Assembly (NCBI RefSeq): GCF_009914755.1
Contig: NC_060933.1
Length of the DNA stretch: 64,000 nt
Origin: the human T2T-CHM13v2.0 reference genome, Homo sapiens
Reading direction: 5' to 3' (one strand)
A program made the translations under genes and the position numbers. How positions within the stretch are numbered: position 1 is the stretch's first letter; every line of letters starts with the position of its first letter. Shown here in pieces: positions 55,190 through 64,000 of this stretch. The notes beneath the pieces are model-generated. The model saw only the letters and a list, made by a program, of their open reading frames with translations. It was not told the DNA's origin and made no database searches.

Positions 55190-55390
55190 ATACTGAATGC
55201 CTACTATGTGCTAAAGCACCTTACACACAGAAGCACTTTTAACCCACACTGTTCCCTTGGGAGATTATTTGTGTTACACCCATTTTACAGATAAAGAAAC
55301 AGGCTCACAAATAGCCTAAGGTCATACATTGATGAATGTTAGAGCTGTGATGTAAACTTGGGTTGATTAAACTGCAGGTTCTTTACTTCT
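55190..55390 (-). mobile_element. MIR
   Basis: actgaatgcctactatgtgc...cccattttacagataaagaaacaggctc...cctaaggtcatac. Confidence 0.75.
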
Positions 55391-56869
55391 AACTGGGACA
55401 ATATTCGAAAGGCTCAGAGAGGAGGTGGTTTCTGAGATGAATCTACCTGTAGAGGTGAAGGAGAGTCTTCCCCCCATCCCTCAAGAAACAGAATGGTGTG
55501 AGAAAAGTACAGAAAGAAGATTGAGGATGAAACAAATGCCGGGAGAACACGGAGGAGACATATTTGGCTGGAACACAGAATGTATGACAAAGAGAATTGC
55601 AATGGCTATTGCAAGCGATGCAGAACACAGGGAGGGGAGGAGGAAGAAGGCTCAGCTCTCTCTAGAGAAGCTTTCTAGAAGCCACCGGGGCAAGTACCAC
55701 AATGAAGGGCATGTTGGACAGGTCTCTGTTGGAAATGGAGCATCAACTTCAATGTGGAAAGGTACAACTTATGGCAGGAAAACTTACTTCTTTGAAAGCA
55801 CACATCTAGAGATAATCATCTATCCAAGGGAAAAGCAAATTTGGTCTGAATGAAAATGATGTCCACAAGAATAAAATCCTTTCACTTGGATCACTAACAA
55901 AACACTGCCTCGTTTTCAATGCATTTGAGGCTCACACCAAGCCTGCAAGTTTGGCAGGGCAGAGATGACTGTTTTCTCTGTTTGATGATGCGGAATGGGG
56001 AGTGGGAAGGAGTTGCAGAGCTCAACTCATGTTCAGCCTCACCCAGGACTCGCCTTATACCCTGTGCTTCCTCCTCCTATGCTTTCCAGAGAACCTGCTC
56101 CTCTTTTGTTCAGAGGCTGCTGGGAAAGTAGGGTAGCACATACACTAAATGCTGGAATCCTGGGGCATCTGCAGCTGGTGCAGTCCTCAGAAATGCCACT
56201 CTGAGGGTGGACAGAGAATAAAGGGACCTAGTGTTTATCAGATTTTACTATATCTCACACATATTGGATAATGCTTCCTATCATGGAACGTTATCATTGG
56301 TTAGGCACTAAGGTTCCCATCTTAAAGGTAAAGCAAGTGAGGCTTAGAGAGATTAAAACAGTTGCCAAGATCATACAATCAATGACTAGAAGAGGCTGGA
56401 CTTGAACTTAGGTTTGTTTATAAGCCCATGTTCATTTCACCATATCATGATGTCCCTTGATGTAAGATCAAATAATGGAAAATCTAGACTACGTTATAGT
56501 AGCATAAATAAGAATACGGAAAAGGGAAAGAAGAAGAAATAAAGGAGGAAAAAGAGAAATTATTACCATTCTTTATCCCATGACTACTACAATTCCCCTA
56601 CTACTATTATAACTCAGACCCTCTCACCTTCTAAATTAGTTTTTCATTCAACAGCATATTTGATTCTCACAAGAATGCTGCAAAGGACAGAGGACCCACA
56701 ATTTTCTATGCATTTAAGAGATGGGGAAACTGAAGTTCAGAGAGGTTAAGAAATTGTTAAAGACACAGATAGTCAGTTAAAAACCTGGAATAAAATTTGA
56801 TCCAAAAGATGTTTAGCTGGAAAAAAAAAAGGAGACAGAAGAAGACTTGGAATATTTGAAAGCATTCTT

Positions 56870-57110
56870 TGAAATATTTTTGTAGCACAACTTATAGAAA
56901 AAAACCTCCACATTTTTCTATGGGACTCAGTGCACATACACACAAAGATACACAAGCATCAAACGTTTCAGAAACAAACTTGTCCTTACTTTCTCTATTT
57001 TGTTCTATTCTATTTCCATTTGATTTTGATGAAGAAAATGCTGGTCCTGATTCATTAAATGGATTTACTATCTTACTAATGGGTCTAAAAGGACTAGAGT
57101 TTGGGGAACA
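56870..57110 (+). mobile_element. MER113/Charlie-type hAT remnant
   Basis: ctattttgttctattctatttcc...aaaatgctggtcctgattcattaaatggattt...ctaatgggtc...agtttgggg. Confidence 0.5.
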
Positions 57111-57234
57111 GGGACACACTGACTTCGGGGCTGCATGAAAGCTAGCTTAAAGGATCCAAAGAACTCCAACATGGAAGGAAAAGTAGATTCATGATCCAGC
57201 GCTAGAGATGACACAACTATGACCAAAGAGTAGA

Positions 57235-57430
57235 AACTGTGAACACAGATTTTAGGTCAATCTGGAGAGGTCTTTCTAAATAGGCAAATCTGTTCAAAAA
57301 TAGAAAGATTGCCCTGTGAAGTGGTGAGCTCCCTGGCACTAGAGCCATGCAAGCTGAAGCTTAAAGATCTCTTGACAGGGCTGCTGTAGAAGAAATTGAA
57401 GGTGACCTCTAGGTTTCTTTCTAGGCCAGA
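57235..57430 (+). mobile_element. L3/CR1 3' fragment
   Basis: agattttaggtcaat...gattgccctgtgaagtggtgagctccctggcactagag...gtgacctctaggtttctttc. Confidence 0.65.
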
Positions 57431-59144
57431 AACATTATTTAATGTATTTTTCTCATTTTCTCCCCAGGACAGCAGCCACCACAGAAAATTTTGGCTTTGA
57501 AGTGAGAATCAGAGGACACAGAGGAAAAATAGAGATGCTGAATGTTGGTTCCACTGTCAAGCTGGGGAAATGATATATACCTCTCTCCATTCCCACAACA
57601 TAGGAGAAATGAGGGGCAAAACAGCATTCCAGGAGAGGACTAAATGTATAAAAGAAGAGCAAAGGAAATCGGAGAAAAGAAGAGATTTGTTGTAGTCATT
57701 GCTCTGCCCTCTTTTCCATTGTGGGACAAAGGGCCAGCCTCAGTTTTCCCACATATACAGTGGGGATACTGTTGGACTACATCTGCAAGGATGATTTCAG
57801 TTTTCAGGTTATAGGTTTTTTTGTTGTTGTTTTATTCCTGGGTCCCCTTGTCACTGCTCAAGATGCCAGCTTGGCAGCTGAGGCCAGTAAAAAGAAGAGT
57901 AGGGAGTGGTTTAGTCTCTCCATTGGAAGGAAGAAGGAAGGAACGATTGTGGCCCATCTCTATAGCCTTGTGCTGACTTAGAGTGTCTCATCCCATCAAA
58001 CGCATGGGTCATGAAGTTCAATTCATTAATTTTGGTGGTGGAGGGAGGCTGACAGACTTGGTGCTGACATGAATAATGATGGGTCACCGGGAGAGGCCCC
58101 AGCAAAACCTGCAGCTTAATCAGACTCAGAGAGTCTCTGCGGGCATTAATGTAGGCCAAGTGCTTTCCAGCCAATCAGACCCCATTTCAATTTAATGTTG
58201 CAAATTGTTACCACGCAGCTCAGCCTCTCAACGCACAACTCAGACTCAAAAGTGGGTTACTCATCTGTTCCCTTTTCCTGTTCATTTGGAAACACCTCCC
58301 TGATTATTGTCTGTGTGACAGTTTGCAGCAAAGGAGGTGGATAAAGTATGGTGGCAAGAATTCACACCGGGTTATGTAAGGGGAGCGGGTGTCCCTGCTC
58401 CATCACTTTCTATTCACATTTCTAAAGCCATGCTTTGCTTGCTTGTAAAGGTCTGCTGTGTCTCCATCGCCTGCAGGATAAAATCCAAGCCTTTATCATC
58501 AAAATTCTTTAGCCTTACCACCCACAGTGCTTCCCCAGGCATTCTCTGCCACAGCCACAACAAACCACTTCCACTCCCTAAAACATGCTGTGCCCTTGCA
58601 TCTTGAAGCCTCCTTGTGCTTGCATATGTTGTGCCCTCTGTCTGAAACGTCTGCCTTAGCTCCCCTCTGTTTTCTCTGCCTCACCTGTATTTTCCAGTGT
58701 CACCCCAGAAAAAGACACACCAAAGTAGTAGATCCTGAAGGGATAGGGATCGTCTATTTCACTTCTTGCCTAGAGTAGATATACAAAGGTAGAATAAATG
58801 AATGAAAGAATCAGTATATAACTTTGGCCAAGACATTTCAAGTTTCTGACTCTTCTTTTTCTTAGATACAAAATAATAAAAATAGCTCTTTCACAGATAT
58901 TATTGTGGCCAGTGACGGAAGGCTTTTCAGCCCTTCCACCCTCCCAGTATCTCTGAGAGCCTTCTTTGGATGAAATTGTCCATGTAAGCTCCTGACCTCA
59001 AAAATGCTCCCCTTAGCTCCTGGGGCTTCACCTCTCTGTAGCTCAGGTTTCTCAGATGCAAAATGTGTGTACTGAAGCATGAATGGTTGGAAAGATTAAA
59101 AGCATGTATTCACTCATCCCTGCTTTCAGTATATACAACCAATG

Positions 59145-59744
59145 TATAAGCCAAAAATAAAATTCTAAGGCCCCCCTCAACCATCTGAATGGACCCCTCC
59201 TCTCGGCCAAGGGCATTTCAAAGTTAACCTGAAAAACTAGTTCAGGCCATGATGGGAAGGGGAGGTCAGACATACCTCATTATGCCCTCCTCCCTTTGGG
59301 AATTTGGGAAAAACCAACCAGCATTAACATCAGCACAGACCATAGATCTAATAAGAAACGTATACAATCTGTTTTCTCTGAAGCCTGCTACCTAGAGGCT
59401 TCATCTGCATTATAAAACCTTGGTCATCATAACCCAGACATTCTTTTCTATTAATAATAACTCTTTCAACCAATTGCCAATCAGAACATTTTAAAATCTA
59501 CCTATGGCCTAGAAGTCCCTGCTTTGAGTTGTTCTGCCCTTCCAGATCAAACCAATGTACATCTTACATGTATTGATTGATGTATTATGTCTCCCTAAAA
59601 TGTATAAAAGCAAACTGTACCCTGACCACTTTGGACACCTGTTGTTAGGAACCCCTGAGGCTGTGTCACAGGCATGTCCTTAACCTAGGCAAAATAAAGT
59701 TTCTAAATTGATTGAGACCTGTCTCAAGTACTTTGAGGTTCACA
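59145..59744 (+). mobile_element. MER4-family (MER4B-like) ERV1 solo LTR, ~600 bp
   Basis: ccaaaaataaaattctaaggcccccc...gaatggacccctcctctcggccaaggg...ggcaaaataaagtttctaaattgattgagacctgtctc...ggttcaca; TSD-like aatg/gatg. Confidence 0.85.
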
Positions 59745-62221
59745 GATGCAAATTATTAAAATGATGACTGTGAAAGTGACTTTAACAGAATAAGGTACAG
59801 AGTAAATGCTCAATAAAAGCTTTCTACCTCTTTAAAAATCTCATATCCTTTTTTACTTCCTGTCCTTCTTTCTTCTTGCTTTCCTTTCTTTTATCCCTTA
59901 CTGGCCCTGTCATCTCCCTTTTTCCCCAAGGTGTGATTTTGGAATTCTCATGGGCTTGGGGAGAGGGGATCAGGTACAGCCTAACGTTGCCCCTAAAAAC
60001 CCTGACACAACATCAAAGCTAGCCACCCCTTTAACAGAGCACATGAATGCAATGCACTAAGACCACAATGGCTTCACCTTCACCAACTGCTATATATACT
60101 GGACTTTGAGTTCCTTTGAGCAATCTGTCATGTGAACAGAGGGCAAAAGGGTTATTATTAATTAAGGGAACTGGGAACCACTGTTATTCTTCTTCTAAAG
60201 GTCTACCATCAAAAGTACATCTCACCGTTCCACTCTATCCTGGATAAATAAGTGCCAAGATTGAGGCAAGGTCTGAAGCAATGTGGTTTCAGTTCCCGTC
60301 CTCACTTCCTGGTAACAAACTTCATGTGCTTTAGTGCATACATAAATCCCCCAAAACTTATCAAAAACCATATACAATCAAGAATCGACAACCTACCAGC
60401 TGTCAACAACAGCAATGGTGTTGAGAAAAATCAAAAGGTCAGAAATTGTGATTTCTTTATGTGGTCTTTGAATGTAGTCACCAAGATGGGAAAGCTGAAA
60501 GGTCCAGATAGTTATACTGTGTAGGGAGTGGTAAGGGAGAAGTCACATCTCCTTACTATTAACTAACTGTGTGACCTGGAGCCATCTATTTCTCTCTGAA
60601 CTTTAGCTTTCTCTGTTGTGGAATGAGTCTGGTTCAGTTTAACAAAACCCAATAGGCACATACCATGTACCTCCCAGGCATGAAGCTAGGCACAGACACA
60701 TTGACAAATAATATATAGCTTAAATTGACGGGGAAGACTGAATTTGAAAGTACTCCATACAACTGAAAAGTATGCTACACAAATACTCCATAACTCTTTT
60801 GTGAAAGTGTGTATAAGTATGTATCTGTTTATGTAAACATGAATTATTCCAGTGAATAAATTGTAAAGTGAAGACATTATGCTCAGTACATGTATCTGAT
60901 ATAAATTAATCAATAGTCTTGCATGAATGAGATGTTATTAGAATAACACTAAAGACAGAGCAGTGAGCACAATGAATTCCCTGCTTTCATGAAGATCACA
61001 TGGTAGTAATAAGAAAGTCACATTTGAGGGGATGAAAGACAACAGAAGATCCCTGGGCATTTTCACTCAGTTTTGGCAGCATAATTAGTGGGAAACCTTT
61101 GTTTACAAATAGAGACTAGGCAAGTTGAGGGTGTGTAATTCAGCAGAAATTGGGCCAAGAAGTAGGATGACCATGTGCTGATTCAGGACCTGACAGCACC
61201 ATGCCTAGTAAATGCTTTAGGTGTTGCATAGGCAGCAGATCTGTTCAATCTGACCTGGATTTAAATAAGTTTACACAGCTTCAAAGCACTTGGAATGTCT
61301 GATTCCACTTTCATGGCTATGCTTGAATTCACCAGGTGTTATCTCTATCAGCAAATGTTTCTTCAATAAATGCCCAGCCAAGCCTCCTGCTTGAACACTG
61401 AAGTCTGAAACAAAAGAATGTTGAACTCCAAAGTCTGAAAAAAATTAATATCACACCATTTCTCTTAAAATGTCTCCCATGACTCTCTCCTCATTCTTAC
61501 CTCTGCTTTCTATCTCCTCCACCATCTGTAGCCCTAAACTGTGCATTTGACTGGAAATGTATCACTCAAGGCACCTGTGGTGGAGTGAAATTGGTTAGGA
61601 TTTCATGGTCCCATCCAATTTCAGCTAGCAGCAGGCAAGGAGGGGAAATATTCAGTTATGAGCAGTCTCATACCTTTTGCTTTTCTCAAAGCAAAGTTTG
61701 GGAAGAAGGATCTTTTACTGTTGTTGTTTCCACTAGAGAACTTTGTCCCTTTGGAATTATTTTGCCAAAGACTGTGATAGAATCTATTAAGAAGCATCTT
61801 TAAAACTATACTTATTGGGCAAGGAAGATAATACTCTTTATTTTAAAAAGGTATTATTTCAATTCTCTTTCTTTCTTTTTATCAGCATTATCCTAATGGC
61901 CTCTATCATTTAGGAATCAGAGAACGACATAAACAAAAGAGTAAATCTGAGCCTAGTAATTTCCAGGACTTCACCCAGGAATAGAGGATAAAATTTATAC
62001 CATTAGCAGGGATCATCAATTTTTTTTGGTGGTACCAGAGTGTGGGTATATGGGAGAAAGGAGGAGGCCACACCATTACCATCACATGATCAAGACTGCA
62101 ATTTGTTTTTCCTGTGGTTAGGCAGAGCCATAAGATACGGTACTCAAATGTAAGGATATGGAAAAACACTTTGTGGTTATTAATTTCATCTCCTACCTAA
62201 TACTGAATATTCCCACCCAAC

Positions 62222-63295
62222 ACTGTGGTTGATATTCTGTTTCTTTATTTATTTATTTATTTATTTATTTTTTTATCTCCTTAGCATCCTTTCCCTCTTC
62301 ATTTTTAATAAAGACCTAGTTTTCCTTTGAGAAACTAAATGATACCCCTTCAACACCCTCAATCCATGTAGTCTAGATCTGGCTGGCCTGAGTCTCAGTT
62401 CAGGAGTGGCCACCTAACCCAGAGTTGGCCAACTGGAGCATTGCAGTGAACTTTTTAGGGTTTGTATTAACAGCAGGAAGGATAATAACCCCCAAAGATG
62501 TCCAAGTCTTTATACTCAGAACCTGTGAATATGATAGGTTACACGGTGAGGGAGAATTAAGGTTGCAGATGGAATTCAAGTTGCAAATCAGCTGATCTTA
62601 TCATGAGAGATTATCCTGGATTATCAAGAAGGACCTAATGTAATCATAGGGTCCTAGTAAATAAAAGAGGGGCGCAGAAGAGAAGGTGGGAGTGTTGTGG
62701 TGTGAGAAGAACTCGACCCCCTAGTATTGGCTTTGCAGATGGAGGAAGGGGGCCATGAGCCAAGGAATATGAGTGGCTTCCAGAAGCTGGAAAGGGCAGG
62801 AAATCATATTCTCCCCTAAAGTCTCTAAAGGGATCACATTGTTGCTGACACCTTGGTTTTAACCCAGTGAAACCCATTTTAAATTTCTAAACTACAGAAC
62901 TGTAAGATACTAAATCTGTGTTGTTTCAAGCCTCTAAATTTGTAAAACTTTACAGCAATAGAAAACTACTGCAGGCATGGACACATGAGCAAATTATAGT
63001 TCGCCCAGATACTTTGGCTAAAAATAAGAAGGACTCCTTTTTTTCTCTCTTTTTCCCTAATGATACTAAATATAAAGTAATCTTATGACCGGGAGAGATT
63101 TTGCCCAAAAATGAAACCTACCCAGAGGAAACCAGAGTGAAGTATAACTTTGTGTGAACATTTTTATCTAACTATTCCTGAAATTAAAAGTAGATATTTC
63201 AGTTTCTGGGAGAAATAAAGGCCTTATTTGTCCTTTAGCCAGTTTGAGTTGGATTTATATCACCTGCAAATTCTTTAAAAAAATCCTACCACTGG
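62222..63295 (+). mobile_element. Old MLT1 (K/L-like) LTR hosting MLT1D
   Basis: gagtggccacctaacccagagttggcca before and gaaataaaggcc...ttagccagtttgagttggattt after the nested LTR. Confidence 0.5.
62468..62973 (+). mobile_element. MLT1D MaLR LTR
   Basis: ccccaaagatgtcca...gaacctgtgaatatg...aattaaggttgcagatggaatt...gagattatcctggattatc...cagaactgtaagat...cagcaatagaaaacta. Confidence 0.88.
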
Positions 63296-63479
63296 CATGG
63301 TGGAATAAATACCATTTCTTGAAATATCTTATTCCAATGCTGGATACTTTTGCTATTATTTCTTTTAAAAATAGAACTGGAATTGGCTATCGTATAGCTT
63401 CAGTCATTGATTCTTACGTCCTGAGGCCACACAGGACAATTTTAACTCCTATTTCACCTTGGGAGATACTCGGGATTTG

Positions 63480-63720
63480 AAGTAGTGATCCTCATCAAGA
63501 TCCTCAAATCTTCACTTCTCCAGGTTAAATCCTCTCAGTTTTTTCCAGAATTGTGGTAATATGGTTTTGAACCTTTTCACTACCCTGTGGTTAATCTTCC
63601 CTGGACACACTTGATGTTCACAACGTTTTTCTTAAAGATAACACTACAACTGAGCACAGTATTCAATGTAGTGACTATTCAAATCAGAACATCCTGTCCT
63701 CGGTGGGACACGTTTATTGA
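63480..63720 (-). mobile_element. L3/CR1 fragment
   Basis: ctccaggttaaa...cttccctggacacac...actgagcacagtattca. Confidence 0.55.
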
Positions 63721-63735
63721 TGAAATCTAAATTGA

Positions 63736-63933
63736 GGCTAGGCACAGTGGCTCATGCCTGGAATCCCAGCACATTGGGAGGCTGAGACAGGTGGATCACT
63801 TCAGCCCTGGAGTTCGAGACCAGCCTGGGCAACGCAGCGAAATCCCATCTCTACCAAAGATACAAAAATTAGCCAGGCTTATGACCTGGTCTCAAAATAA
63901 ATAAATAAATATTTAACAATAAAATTAAAAAAA
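63736..63933 (+). mobile_element. AluJ-like with most of right arm deleted; perfect 14-bp TSD
   Basis: Left arm plus linker, then directly gacctggtctc and A-rich tail; TSD gaaatctaaattga at 63722-63735 and 63934-63947. Confidence 0.9.
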
Positions 63934-64000
63934 GAAATCTAAATTGAAAAAAATACAGTTTATTTATGGTATCCACATAATACTGTTACTTCACTTAGTT

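Noticed and set aside
55425-55853. 142-aa plus-strand ORF
   Set aside because: Purine-rich composition, no recognisable family, non-ATG start.

Overview
Primate (human-type) genomic DNA, almost entirely intronic. The only host coding sequence is one 385-bp minus-strand exon (14212-14596). Its translation ([50 protein letters not shown]...) is recognisable as astrotactin-2 (ASTN2; by recall the third exon, carrying the first transmembrane helix and the start of the cytosolic loop). The rest is large flanking intron with layered retro/DNA transposon fossils. These include a sense-oriented, internally chimeric L1PA (1-4073) and a full-length antisense L1MA4-like element with target-site duplications (5901-13454) that splits an L3/CR1 and itself carries an MSTA LTR. 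There are also MaLR and ERV1 solo LTRs, several Alus, MER DNA transposons, two MADE1 hairpins, many MIR/L2 pieces and microsatellites. No prokaryotic-type system (CRISPR, operon etc.) is present. The most unusual structure is a 138-bp, 97%-identical inverted duplication of apparently non-repeat sequence (36119-36256 / 37202-37339). It encloses a MADE1 hairpin and is enclosed by an inverted Alu pair, so it is a candidate micro-inversion substrate and nested dsRNA in the ASTN2 pre-mRNA. Repeat family names come from recalled consensus sequences, not from a search, so subfamily calls and many boundaries are approximate.
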